The notes beneath the pieces were generated by a model. It was not told the origin of the DNA and did not search any database. It saw only the letters and a program-made list of their open reading frames with translations. Made by a program: the position numbers and the translations under genes. A DNA stretch of 64,000 bases from assembly GCF_018977255.1 (NCBI RefSeq), contig NW_024704746.1, forward strand, positions 18,600,001-18,664,000. The letters are read 5' to 3'. Below, piece by piece: positions 13,901-28,900 of this stretch (positions are counted from its first letter, which is position 1; every line of letters starts with the position of its first letter). Origin of the DNA: Callorhinchus milii (lineage: Eukaryota).

Positions 13901-16900
13901 AATGGCCTCCTTCTGTACTGTATAATTCTATGATTAAATCATTTAAAATCCAATTAAACACAAAAGTAGATAATTCAGTGTTCATGTATTCTTGCATTTG
14001 GCTAGAATGAATGTTTGTAACAAATTGGACATCATAAAGATTAGAGGAAGAAAGTAACTTAGTTTGGTTAAAATGGTCAAGTCATTGAGGTGATAGTGTC
14101 AAAAGAGAGTGATGTATTTGTGGATTTACAGTTTAGCACAATAATGGATCCAGCAAGCATGTTTGGAAAAAAAGCACTAACACTGATCAAAGGATGTCAC
14201 TTAAATTTGATGTTACGGTGGAAGGAACATTGATCCTGAACAAATCATTCACATGGCTGGCGATTTGGCCAGTTTAAACAGTGAATATCTACATATCATA
14301 ATTTTCATTTCTTGGCAGCAAGAATTGTGGCATTTGTTGTAGTCAGGACTTTCTGTGCCATTCACATTTAGTGTATACTCACCAAGAATTTTGGCACAAA
14401 TTTATCAAATTATAATCTGCACTTAATTACTGCCAAAATAAATCTTTAGAAATTAAATATTACAGTAGGAAAACTTCTGAGGTTGAATATTCATTTGTGA
14501 GGAATTACGCTAAAAAAAAGCAGAGTTTCTACTACATATGGACTCTAGCTGGAAAATTTGGAAGTTCAAATTGAATTTTTTAAACTTGAACTAAGCACTG
14601 ACACCCCCATCAGTCCAATAAACTAACGGTTCACACAACAGAAATCCAAAACAAACACATCTTCTGTTACAATTTTTCCCTTCCTCCCGATACAAAAAAA
14701 TTCCATTGTTTACAGTACAATCCTTTACTGCACATAGTCTGAAGAATGCATAATACTTAGATGAGGTTCTAGAAGGTACCTGGTGCATATGTAACTATAC
14801 ATAAGACAAATCAGGTCAACGCATACTTCATTTGTCACTCAAAAGCTTGCATGTATCAAATCTCACTCAGTGAATCAATTTTTTTTAAGTTAACCACCGA
14901 TTCCTAGCATCTACCCTATCGAACAAGCCAAATCTTAGGCACCAAAACCATTATTAAATACTGCTTCATTGATAGTCAATCTAATTAACAGCAAAGGCTT
15001 AGCAATTAGTTCAAATTGTAATTCAAACAGTGCCACACTGCCATCTACTGACAAACCCAGAACAGGTTTTCCCCAACTCTTCTATTTTTAATTACTGCAT
15101 ATACTGTAGTAACCGATGGAAACAATAACCATCTGTAATCACAGATGATTGATCCCAAACAATTTTTAGTGGAAACCTTAGAATATGTATTGTGTTTAGA
15201 ACAAATTGTATCTCAAAACAAAATAAATACTGAAATCGTCAGATTTGGTCCATTCAAATCTGATAGCCAGGATCACAGATTGCTGTTGTGGACTTGGCTA
15301 ATCTCTACCTCCAAATACAGAATGTGGCTCAAGGCCTTTATCAGACTCACATCAGTCAACATGGTAGAAAACGTACTGCTATAGCCCTCTCTGCAATGTA
15401 ATGTTAATTAATTAAGTTTGCTCAAACTTCATCCCAGACAAATTTCAGCATTTGCGATAAACAAAAAGGAACCCAAGTTTCCCTCAACCTGTTCTACCTA
15501 CAAGAACAGGATGGTTTGTGTAACAGAATTCAGTGAGTGCAAACAATGTTGTTTAAAAGGAATTTTTCCAAACAACTGATATTAACAAACCGACATTTAA
15601 AAACTGAAAACGTTAGAAGTGCACAGTATGAGTTATGATAAAACCTCAGATGTTAAACTGATGAGACATTAAATTGAGTTCTGGTCTCCCTGTTCAGGTG
15701 GACTTTAAAGATCTGTTCTGGCCAACAACACCCCAAATAAAATTGTTCATTCACTTTATGGCTGTTTGTGGGATATTGCTGTGTGCAAACTGACTGCTGT
15801 AACCACACACAAAATACATTTTACAGTAAATCCAATGAAGCGCTTTGAGGTATCCTCCTGTGTGAATTGTGCTATATCAAATGGAAAGATTATTATGACC
15901 TCCAAAGATAACAGTTTTATGATGAATTCCAGAAAACGTTTCACAAAAATGTAATATACATTTGTAAAATCATCACGTGGCTCTACCTTACCTGCCAATG
16001 CTCTTCTAAGTCCTTAACTTGCTGCCTGAGTTCTTTCAGGCTCGTTAGTGCTTCCGCTTCCCTCAGTTTCACTCCTATAAGTTCTTCTTGCAACCTGGCC
16101 ACGTTATTTTCATCAGGAAAGAAGCTATTTTTCTGTTATTGAATATAACCATAAAACAATCATCAATACCCAATCTTGTTCACTTCCCTAGAAATTACCA
16201 GGGAAGAAACTGAATTGAAAAAAAAGTTTACATTGCTCCAGATATAATCCACGTTCAGGGTGTGAAGTACTTTTAATCTTTAAATTGCCACTCATGCAGA
16301 TGTATGTGTGTTTGGTGCGGTGATCACTTTTAATGAGAATACATTTACTTTACATAGAGGGACAGTGGGATCGCCAGACCCCTAGTAATTATTAATGCAT
16401 TTTATGCATCACTTAATCAAAATAAGTGAAAATAATTCCAGTACCTTTTCTATGTCCAAGAGTTTGTCTTGCATCTCTTTAAGTGCACACTGAGACTCTG
16501 CTTCTCGTAGCCTTGCATGCACAAGCTCTTTCTCCAACTGCAGTACAAAATCCTCACTATAGCGTGGATTGCATTTAGGCTATTAAAAAAAATTAGAAAA
16601 ATGTTAGAATTGGACGTGTTTAATTACAAATAACCAGTTTTATGTTTAGATTTACATAATAAAATTAATTTAGAAGGATTCTTTATGTAACCTGCAAAGG
16701 TTTCAATCGAAACTTCAAAATTCAACGTTAAGTATTTGCCAACTGGTATAAAAAGTGTTACTCAATAAAAAAAATTACAAGCTACACCTTAGTAAACATA
16801 TGCTGTATATTAGAGAAAATTGAAAATGTATTTATATAATCATTTCCAATTTCAAATTAATTAGCTCAATGTAATTACACAAAATAGAGAATCCACAATT

Positions 16901-19900
16901 AAATCACATTTTATATATCCAGATATCGCAAATTTATTTAAGTATTACGAGTTGTATAATACCTGCATCTACAGTGCTGAAATATATTGTTATTTCCACA
17001 TTGTACAACAGATTTATGTTATATACACTTATAACCATTGAGCCCACCTACATACCCAATTTATCATACTTCACACATACAAAGCTTGCAGCCCATGTAT
17101 TTGTATACATCAACTGATATGTGCAGTCAGTTCAAGCACGCATAAAGGAGTGCTCACCACATACAGCGCATGAACATAAAACTTAAACAGAAGACAAGGT
17201 AGAACATATACAGGTGGACTTTCATGTACAAAATCTATTAATTATTTCAGACAATGGTCAATGGCTCCTAATGGAAACAGTTGACTCTCGAAATCCAAAA
17301 TTTAATAGGTTAGCCTCTTTTCTTGTCAGCCAGTAACGACAGGCAAAAAGTATTTTGGTTTACCAATAAGAACATCTCTATTTTTAGACTATTAATGTCT
17401 TGAAATGTGTTTTAAAACTGCTTTGGCACTCAAAGCTGTCTTATTTTTGCCAACTTACTTTTCTGAACTCTGTCCTTTCTCCTAAAAGTAGTATCTCTTG
17501 TGGAAGTACATCTCCACGGGTGCCACAAGTGCCCCCAACTGCCCATTATTCTGTGGATGGGATGCCTTGATTTTGAGTTTCAGTAAACAAACACAAAGAG
17601 CATAACCAAGTCTAATTCAGTTCTCAACTAACATCCATACGTTTTAGCAAGGGACAATGGATGGCATTCAGAAGGATCCCGAACTAGGAACCCTGACTAA
17701 TTTAGGATCAGCAATTAACCATAGTGCCCACCATTACCTTTGCTGATATCAGATAATTCATCACAAATCATTTCTTGAACCTGGGTATTTAGGTCTATAT
17801 GGCTCAGCACCCTCCATTTAGGCACTAAATCATCAAGCATCTTGATCATTTTATAAAGATCAGTATTTTAAGGAATTTAATGTACATTTACATCAAGGCA
17901 CACTTCTACTATATTAAATATTGCTCTGGGTCCTAACTTTTTATGTCACACCACAGTACTCATTGGAGTAATTTAGAATTCATCAATTTGCCGAATTAGA
18001 ATTATTGTGACCATCAATCAACTGTTTTGCTTTTGTTAAAATCAAAGTGAAAGTAGAAATCTGGCTTATAGAGAGGCCATATAACTACAGTATATAGCAA
18101 GTCACAGTAATTCCTTCACTCCCTTTTGTACATTCATACCAATACAAAGATGATACTAAAAAGGTAAGTTTAATGGAATAGAAAACCTAGTACAGTGTGA
18201 TTTGTCTGACTCGACTGCAATCAAGCGAAGTACACTATCGAATTAAACACATTTTCAGAGTGACCAATCCACAGCCAAGACACATCATAGCAAAGCAAGT
18301 TTGCAATTCAGCAAAATGAGGTAGTAAAGTCTACATGGTATCAAGTATGGCTCATGTTAATGGGAAATGTGATATTCAATGAGTAGTACCTAATCATTTT
18401 ATAGATTATATTCCTTGAATCTATAAAATGTACTTTCAATCTATGTTCCCATTCACTATAATGTATTTGGTCTGTGGGAGTCTCACACACTGCCTGGATC
18501 TCGAGGACAAGCCTTGCCATTAGGAACTTTCAGTCCCAACTGCTGACAACTCAGAAAAGCAGATTTTCTGCTTGCTAGTTAGTTCTGGAGTGCACCATCC
18601 AAATCCATTTTGGGGGTGGGGGGAGGGAATTGATAAACGTCTCTCTGATTAACGTGACGATTCGTAAGCTTCTCTCTGATTAACATGGTTAAGCCATTGA
18701 CCTTTCAGGGTGTTATCGTAAATGGTTCTCAGGAGTCAAACGTGAAGTATCTCGTACACCACTGAAAGATCTACCCGCGTTCCGATTGATGAGCCAGGTA
18801 ATCTGATCAATTATTAATATCCTGGAGCACTGCAGTACCGTTTGCCTAAGGGAATGGATCAGCAAGTCCAAACAGAGTTCCCCTCTGTCTTGGTCAAACA
18901 CATTACAGTGGACGCAATCCTACAGAGGCCTTGTTTATCTCTCCTACCCTCAGAAAGTCATTCATTGCGTTAGATTCCAAACCTCATTTTCTAGGCAAAG
19001 AAACATTAATTGTTTTCAAAAATAATCTTTTTCAAATCAACTTTTATCTACACAATTTTTCAAACTCATATGGCAATCATATGAGCCATTGACAGAATCT
19101 TTATGCAAGCACATGGGTAACAAAACATTTATAATATTTAATATTCTAAGATCAACTGTTAGTTAACAGGATTTTTAGTGATGCGATAGCCAACGTCTTG
19201 ATCCAATTAACGCTACAGCCAAGCTACATCGAGTCACAAATATATTTATTTTTATTAAATTAGCAATATTAACTCTTGATAGTCCGCAGAAAGTCTTCTC
19301 CATTATCTTTAAATCATCAGTTTAACTCTTACCTAGAGACAAGTTACCACTAGCTAACTCTCATGCAGAATGCCACTATAGCCCACTACAACAACAAAAT
19401 GTCGGGAGGACGTCCCAAGGCGCTGTATAGTCAGGGATTTGGAAGCGAGCAGGGGGTTGGGATCAGGAAGGGTGAGGGAAAAGGAGGATAGGGATAGGAG
19501 CGTGGCCAAAGGCGCGTTCGTAGAGAAGGATCTTAAAGGAGGCAAGGGAGGGAGCAAGGTGAAGGGACTGTGGGATGAAATTCTAAAGGATGGAGGTAGA
19601 GAGGCTGAGGGCCCGACTGCCGATGGCGGGCCAGGCGGGAGACCTGGAGCAGACTGAGCCTGCTGAGTGGAGGGAGTGTTCAGGTTGATATGGCATTAGC
19701 AGGTGACAGAGGTAGAACGGAGCACAAGGTTAATTAAGGAAATTTATTTAAAATCATAACTTTACATAGTTTAGTTATTTTCAGTGTATAGAAAGCAGCC
19801 AAATTCAGCATAAGGCAAGACAAAAGTGTCATTAAAACAAACTATTTTGAATCTCCAATTTGAACCACAGCAAAGCAGCCTTGGCAATCTGTTTAGGATA

Positions 19901-22900
19901 TCATTGACTAAGACTAAATGTTATCAAATCATGGACCAACCTGCGATTGCAATGCATTACTTTGATAAATTTACATCAGTATTATTGCCAATAAACCCAA
20001 TGGTGACTTGGAAACTATGGATTTTGCACTGAACTGCATAAGGTCAGAAAATCTGCAGCTACTTCAATACTGTGAAACAGCACCTCAGGAAAAAGAAAAA
20101 AGCACAATGTATAAAGTAAAGGATAATGTCGCATTGCAGAGTGAACATTAACAAAATGTCAGAGTTGAAAACAGATAAAATGACATGAACAATAAGATGC
20201 AACCAAGCGAATAAAGAATAGGAAATGTATGGTACTGCCAGCCTCCTTACCCGTTGCTCTTGGAGCTCCCTGAAGGCATTCTGAGCTTTCGCCAGCTTAG
20301 CACTAGCCTCATCACTCTGCTGTTTAATGGTGGCCAGCTCCCGTTTAATGAGGTAGTTTTCCTCTGCCTCTTGTGCCCTTGTCACTTGTCCCTTAGGACA
20401 CAATTGTGCAGGGAATAAGGATTGGTGTGGGGGAGTTCTGAAGAGATTTGTCTATTTTACATTGGTACATTAATAATGCATACCAACGTTAGAGTTGATT
20501 ATTTGCAGACTGTTGCCCATCTCTACTGTTTAGCCAAAAAGAACACTTACCAATTATTCTACATGCATTTCCATTAAATATATGTAGTTAGAATTAAGGC
20601 CTTGAATGAGTTAGACAACTTGAGGTCAGTGAGGAGTTTTACATGCACTAAAATTACTAACTCCTCCAATTATACTTCTAACATTTGAGAATGTCATTTA
20701 ACAGTAAAAGTAAAACTTGTGCATCTGAAATAGTTATCAATAGAAAACTATCCTATTGAATATTGATGTTTTTATCATTAAGGTATCAAAACTAAATCGT
20801 ATGAATTCAATTGAGAATTGCTTCCATTAAAATTACACTGCAATTGCTTTCAATATAAATTACCTGAACATCTACTGAAATATGGAATGTTTGTATGAAT
20901 TACTACTTTAAAAAATAGTATGTAGATAACCATTTTCCAGAAACACACAAGTTATCAGTTCACTTAAATTTAGGTTTAAACCAGGAAAAAATGCGAACAA
21001 AATATAAAGGGCAATGGGCGATTTTAAATCTGGGTAGTGATATTCCATCCATTTTACAAGACACTGACAGGATGAGGAACTGTACCTGGATCAATCTATC
21101 TGCCAAAGAAGCACTTTCCTACAAAGGAAAAATCCAGACAGGTATAAGAAAAAGACCAAGGAAACAGTGAACATAAAAGCGGTAGTGTCAAAATAAGCTG
21201 TAAAATCCAGTAGAAGAGAAACTGTATGAAACTTCTGGAAGGTATTCATAGAATCACAGAATTATACAGCACAGAAGGAAGCCATTCGGTGTTGTGGCAT
21301 GTTCAAATCACTCCTCCTTGAAAAGGCCCAAATCATTTCCTTTTATTGCCAATTAAGTTTATTTTATTGCAAGGAGGTAGAAACTGAACAAGGACCTGTG
21401 TGACATGTCCTGTAGCTAGTTTTTAGCAAAGCACAGAGGTGTTTGCCCAGCAGTAAAGAACTAAAAATTGCAAAGCAGAAAGAGTTACCCACTCCAAAAT
21501 ATTATGCATAAGGATCAGTTGTACTTTGTACAGCAAGCTTCATACCAATGAGATGCCATGCTGTAGTTAGAAACTATTAATCCAATCTTATGCTAAGAAA
21601 AACTTCTTATAAAAAACAGGTACAATGAAAACTTTCAACCACTTCTTTACGAAGAACAGTTTTTTTTTAACAGTTTTCTGTATAAATGTTGCATTGCTCC
21701 AATTAACTTTAAACTACAGCGCATTAGTACTCACAATTTTAGTTCTCCATTTTCCAATGCAGCTTATAAAACTAACCAAAGCAAAAAAGCATTCAGCAGA
21801 TCATACCCATCATGCAGCTATTTAGAGAAACGTATGTTATTTTGTCTAGAAAAAATGTCACTACTTGAATTCCACCTTAAGATGTACAATAATCAGCAAT
21901 GCTGCATTTTGGGGATTCATTCACTCTCTACACTGCCACTTATAATCCAATTTATTACATAAATCCGCTTAATGTTACAAATCAAGTACTGCAGCTTAAA
22001 AACGCAGTTCATGACGCAGATCACTGAAGCAAAGTACAAATTAATACATTTAAGTGCAATATTTTTGATGGTATTAAAGTTAGAGAAAGTTAAACACAAA
22101 CTTTGTAGCATAAAATTGTAAGATAGTTTAGTCCACAATACTGGGCAAAACGATCTCTGTATAATATGGGTTGCATCTACTGTAAACATCTAGAAGTAGA
22201 ATTATTCCATCCAGAGAAGTGAAGTAAACAGTAATAAATTGCCATTAAAGATTACAATAAATCAAACAACTGTTTTCTGGAATAATAAGCTGGAATTGTA
22301 TCCATCAATAATAAACATCAAACCATACTTAAATAATAAATAATATAAATACACAAGCATCTAATAATGGGTGAGTAAAACCAAAAAATTTTTGAATCGG
22401 AAATAGTTTGTGTAGTATTTGTTAGGATGATGTCCGTTTCCCCTCCCCCCCAAGAAATGAATACATGAACAGAAAAGCAGGTCAATTGGAATAGAAGCAG
22501 TCTTCCATTTCTGGAATGAATAAAATTAAAGTGCAAACAACATGCACTCGTTGTTTCGACCATAAATACTGGTCTGCACATATTGATAGAGAAAGTCTTT
22601 GCAATTTAGAATCAGAAATTTCAAAACAGAACAAGTCAATGGTATTTGTGCTTGTGCTGTCATTTAAAACTTGTACTCTGGATGCCCCATTCTTAATAGC
22701 TGGTGCTATTAAATATACTACAGACAAAGTTACTTTATTTAAAAAAGTAAAATTGGCAAAAAAGAAAGTAAAACTGGACAACAAAGCTAGAAAACAAATC
22801 CAATAAATGTTATAAAATCTTCAGATTTAAACCTGAAACCTGTAATAATATGAATAAAACATCCTAAAAACATCAAAGATTCATTTTTCTCATTCTACAG

Positions 22901-25900
22901 AATGAAAACACACAATTGATATTAGACCTACTTTTTCCCTTCCTTAAATACCTTTTGCCCATCATGCATTTATTAAATCCGGTGTGTCCCCCTGCCAAAT
23001 ATTAATATGTATTTCAGCCAAGCACAGTTAGTAAACAAGCCAATTATATTGTTGGCTGCAAGCAATCTTTGTCTCAGTTAACCACATAAAACACTTTCCT
23101 GAAAAATGCCAGTAAATATTCATGAACATAAACATTGCTTTAAAGCAACAATAACGTTTAATTCTTAAAGCAAGGATCTGCTTTAGACCCTTACTACTGA
23201 ATTTGGATGTCCTTACCTTCTCTAATGTTTCAATTCGCTGTTTCAACAGTCGATTTTCTGTACGTAACCTCTAAACGCAATAAAAACAATCAGTAGTCTA
23301 CCATATTCTTTTCATTTTGCTTCAATTTTTTAAATAATCTTGAATGAATCATTTTGTTGATACAAAACTCTAGGTTTAAGTACAGTGGCAATGCAGATGA
23401 CAAAAAAAGCCCTATTGTTGCTCTTTTATATGATAAAATTACATTTTTTTTAAAAATCCATCTTTCACATTATGAAATAAATTTTACAGAAATCAATGTA
23501 GTTCGTTAGATCCTAATCATGCTGGCGTGTATTTGAGCAAGAAGTAATATCTAATTTATATATGAATTTACCCTTGATTTTATTTTATTATCCAGTTGGA
23601 GGAGACAGGGGCAGAAATTTACCATGTCCTCAAACCAACACGTGGGTAAAAATTACATTGTCAGCAATGTACTGATATTTTAATTCAGGCATAGAAAGCT
23701 TGGAGTACCAGAAATAATTTTAATGCACTGAACTGAAAAATAAATCACCAGTTCAAATTTCACTTACAAACCTTTGGGGTACCTCAAAAGGAAAACATGT
23801 AGTGAAATTATGCACCTAACAAATTGATTACTAAATGTGCTCAGATAACTAAATTTGCAACTTGATGCATGCTTAATGTACGTGAATCTAGTTTACAATA
23901 TTACTTTCAACATTTTATGACAATATAACTGAAATAATAAACTTACCTTAATTTCCACTTGTTCTTCCATTTCTTTATTTTTTAATGTAGTGTATTCCTT
24001 TTCTAACCTAACACAAAATTCATAAAAACATAAGGAACTACATTGATTTGGTATGACATGCAAAATCACATTTTGAAGAGGGAATGCACGCACCACTTTA
24101 ATTAGATAAATAAATAATCCTCAATTTGATGCACCACCTTTCACATTGGGAGGATATTTCAAAGTGCAGGATTTGCAAATCCAATGCAATGCTGGGGGTT
24201 TGCTATATTCTTGGAGGTGCCACGCTTCAGATAAGACATTAAACTGAGGTCCCTATTAAAATGGTCATGAAAGATTCTATGGCACTAGTTGAAAAGAGAA
24301 GGAAGTTTCTAATCACGCTGCTTGTTATTCACTTTGTGGCAGGCTAATATTGGAGCAAAGTATTTTAACAATAACTGTCTCCATACTTCTGTTTGGATCC
24401 TTGTATCCAAGGAAGTATGAAAGAAAAAAATTCTAAAAGTTGTAATGAAAGGCTAAACAGCATAGAATAAACAACAGGAGAAGGCCGATTACAATCTGTG
24501 AATCTGTTGTGGAAACTGTTTTGAAATATACCTGTTTTAGAATCAAGCAAATTCAATAGTTTTCAAAGTATGTTATAGAAGCAATATTATTGGGAAGCCT
24601 CTTCAACATTCTGCATACCGTATCTAATCAAAATACAGCTTTAATAAAACATACTTTTTCATCTTCTTTGCGTTGTATTTAATTTGATAAGCTGCTTGGA
24701 TCAGCTTGTCAGGACCGCTATCAAATCGATGTGGAATGACCTTTTGAAAGTGCTGAAGGGAATAGTTGCACAAATGAATTAGTCAATGCAGTAATAAACA
24801 AACTGCAGCATTTTCTTGCAAATAACATCAAAGTTTTACCGTGAACACGATAAGTTCACTTCATTCTTACGTGTAACATTCCTTCCATATCAAGCTGCAT
24901 CAATTCTGCCTGATTGGCTTGAAGAATAGCTATTCCAACACGAAAAACGATTTCTAGACCCTAGTAAAACACAGAAATACAATTTTGAAGAAACACTATG
25001 AAAAAACATCTTATTTTCTTGCTTCTCGCTCACAAGAAAACACATGCCCTTATCTAACAAGGTGCATGGTTGGAAATAGGCTCCCTTAGCATGTGCTATA
25101 CTTCATTATCCAGTTACTAATTTGTTGATTACAAAATGAACTTACCTCTGACATGAATATGTCAAATAATCTTGTAGCAACTGGCAGTGGAAATGTAGTC
25201 AGAAAAATAGTTAGGAACCAGGATGAGGCGTACATGGAGGTATGGAAACTCTGGGATTGAAAGTGCACCTGAAGTTCTGGTAGCTGTTCCTGTGTATGGA
25301 ACACAACACAAATTGATTTATAGTTGCAGGGGTGGCATTGCTGCATTGCACTATACAAATGCACATTAAAACCATATGATATTGTAATGACTATATTTCA
25401 AACCTTTGTGGTCCCTTTCTGTTAACTGGGTAATTTGTGGTTTGGTTCCTGACCACAGAAATCGTTTGACAAAAAAAAAACATTTATTTAAGGTCAGTTG
25501 AAAACCCATCACAGTGCTAAAGAGTCTCCAAACTAAAATTGAGACTTTACTGAGAGTTCTGCATATGTTTCTGGAAGTTTTTATAACGTTTAATTATGGA
25601 GATTGAAAATTTGTACTTGGATTTTTCAATATTACTGATCAGGTCAATTTAACTCATCTGTAACAATCATTTTAAACTGATGTGTTAAATTTATCCAATC
25701 GTGGTTCAGATGTATTTTTGTTTCCTCTTACCTGTATCATCCACTCAAACTGGTACATACATAGACCCAACTCAGCCATACTGGGCTTGAAAAGCTCTCG
25801 AAGCCTGTAATCTTGCATTAGCTTCACAAAGACACAAAATGCTTCTTCTTCTGGCATCTTCACAGCAGAAAACAAAAATCACAGAAATTCACGTGACAAC

Positions 25901-28900
25901 CAGTAACACTTCTTTTAGTTCATGCCTCAAATATCAACTTCACTTTTAATACAAAATTTCCTTCATCAGCTTTAGTTCTTCTTGTTAATATTTTACAACA
26001 ACAAATTGCATTTATATAACTCCCTTCATGCAGGGTAGGCTCTCTGAGTGCTTGTTTTATGTTGAACACTAAACAGTTCAGAAAAACGTTTTTAAAAAAT
26101 TGCACAGGAATTGAAGGTAAATTTCAGATTAAGTACTGCAGTCTAACTGCCAGTAAGATAGCTGCACATTCCCAGAAAATGGGGTTTTATGGAACTAAAT
26201 GTACAAATTGCAGAACTTTAATAAATCTTTATAATTTGCATCATCTTTTCTAAGCATCTTGTACTGTACCACAACCATAAAATGATGAATTTCTAAACTA
26301 ATTTGGAATAAAATGAATTATGTTCCATTATCGTTTTTGAGTACTGTTCCCAAAATGACAGCTCATAAGTAATTTGAGAAAAAGATGCAATAAAAATATT
26401 AATTGCAGGGGATGCACGATTAGATTTTATACAAATATAGAAAGAAATGACTTTCAGGTTTTACTAAATGCACTTATTTTGTATGGTTCTAGACAGGCCG
26501 TTACTTAGAAAGTAAACTGGTGTTGGTATTAGAAAATGCTAGAAACATCAACCAATCCAAATAATCATAATAAAAACCTTGCATTTGATTTGCAAATGGC
26601 AAGAGGATAGTCTGTCAGGGAAAAAATATTTACCTGCATAAGAAGAAGTCCCACTATAAAAGCACTTCCTTGACAATAACCAACTTCACGGTCCACAAGT
26701 GAATAAGCCTACAAAAGGAAATAAAATATACTGCTAAAACCTTATTCATTATATTATATTTTTAGATTCAACATTTCCACATACAAGACACAAGACATAT
26801 AAATTGTTCACATCACTGCAATTTTTAAAGACAATTTGGAATATTTATTTAACCCTTCTCATAAAATAAGCTAATAGAGGATTAAGTAGTTTAGAATACA
26901 GTTCTACATCCTTGGGATTTGGGTTTACATCAAGCCCAAGTTGATAGAATAAAAGTCTCCTCAGTCTCTGCTGATCTAAGCAGTTGATATAAAATAAGTT
27001 TTGGAAAGATTTAACTAATTCTAGTAGATTTAGTCCCACAACTCAAAACTGCCCAAGTAACGCTAAATGTGCATATCAAACATTATAAAGATGATTGAGA
27101 GGAGTGCTTTCTGTGTGTGGAAGATAAAGCTGAGCGGAAGGAACTTATAACAACTATAACAACTGTAGTTCAAACTGAATACCATTAAAAATGTAGTTTT
27201 CTAATTAAATTATCATCATATTGTAAATGTAGCATTCTGATTTCTTGGAATAAAGAAGTTGCACTTTTTAAACAGTGAAATATTTGATGATATTGTCACC
27301 TTCATAACATTAAATAAAACCTCTTGTCCCAGGCTATCCTTTTCTCTGAAAAAATCATGTTCTGGATACGTTCTGGCAATATCCCTTCTTATAAGTTTTT
27401 CGCAAGGAGAGGTCATCTTCAGGAGGTCTGAATATTGATCTTTGATGGGCATATTTTGGGCATTGCAGAGGAGCTGCCACACAATAGCTCGGAAATGATG
27501 AGGAATCCCTTTTCGTACAAGTTCCTGAAAGGTACAGAAATTGTTTATAATAATAATAAACCTTGCATTTGATATAGTGCTTTTCACGTCTTCTAGACTT
27601 CTCAAAGCGCTTCACAGAATACACTGTAAAGTGAATTGACTGTATATTTGTGGGCAAACCGCGGCAACCAATTGCGCACAGCAGCGTTCCACAAACAGCC
27701 GTGGATTGAAGTGACCAATTTATTATTGCTTTTCTTTTCTTGAGGGATTATTATTAGGCGTGTGGAGTAAGGAAACTTGCCCAAGGTTTTGCCCTGCTTG
27801 GAATCGAATCCAGGTCTCTCGTTTGAGAGGCGAGTGCTCTAACCACTGAGCTACAGGACTACAGGATTATAAAAAAATGGGTTTTGCTTTTACTGAAAGC
27901 TTCTGGATCTTGGGTTTTCAAATCGTAAAACACCATTTGTTCCTAATGCAGAACTGAAAACAATACATCTCACATAGCCTTTGTCTAGGACAACCAAATG
28001 GCAGAGTGTTCAAAGGAGAAGACACATGTTTAGTGGTTCAGCAGTAGAATTCTCGCCTCCACACAGGAGGCGCGGGTTTGATTCCTGGCCAATGCAAAAT
28101 ATTTATACTACTGTTGGTGAAAGTTGATATATAACTTCACCGCATAGTAATCCCTAAGAATAAAATCTAATTAATTTATGTTACACAACCACCCTTCCTT
28201 CCTGTAGGATAGTGTTCTCCTCCACAATTGTACACCCGAAAAGTTTTTAATAGCCCCTCCCTTCTTGGAGGATAATGTTTTTCTCTACGACTGAGCATCC
28301 CAAGCGGTATAAATCAACGCATGGGGAATTTCACGCGTCTTACCCTTAGCTGTTTTTCTTTCTTTTTTCGGACGTCTTCCCACTCGTTCACCATTCTTCC
28401 CCAAAGAATCCAGGAATCTTCTTCCAAGTGACTGAGGTTACTTGAAGCAGAAGAACTAGATACAAGGGAAGATCCACTGTTTCGACGAGATCCATTTACT
28501 GATTTCAAAGACTTGCTATCGGTCTCCAAAAGTCTGTATGCAACAAAAACAAAAATGGAGTATTCCAAATGATCCACTAAACATTGATATCTTCTTGAGA
28601 TGCAGACTCAAATTCACTGCAAAATGGAAGGGTGTAGGTGGCTCATGCCAGTGATTCCTAGACAGCAAGTTCTCAAACTCAGGTAAGACATCAAGAGCAT
28701 TCACTGAACAGGACACAAAGTGCTTCTCCATGCAGTACGAAAGAAAATGAAGATAAACAACCACAGGCCATAGCCAAACACTTTCCAGGAACAGAATCAG
28801 GAGCTCAGAAGTGATTTGTCAAACGGAAAATAGAATAAAGCATGGAAGGGATCCCAATGAGAGGGAATGACTTAAAAAATACAGGACGGAATGCATTTGT

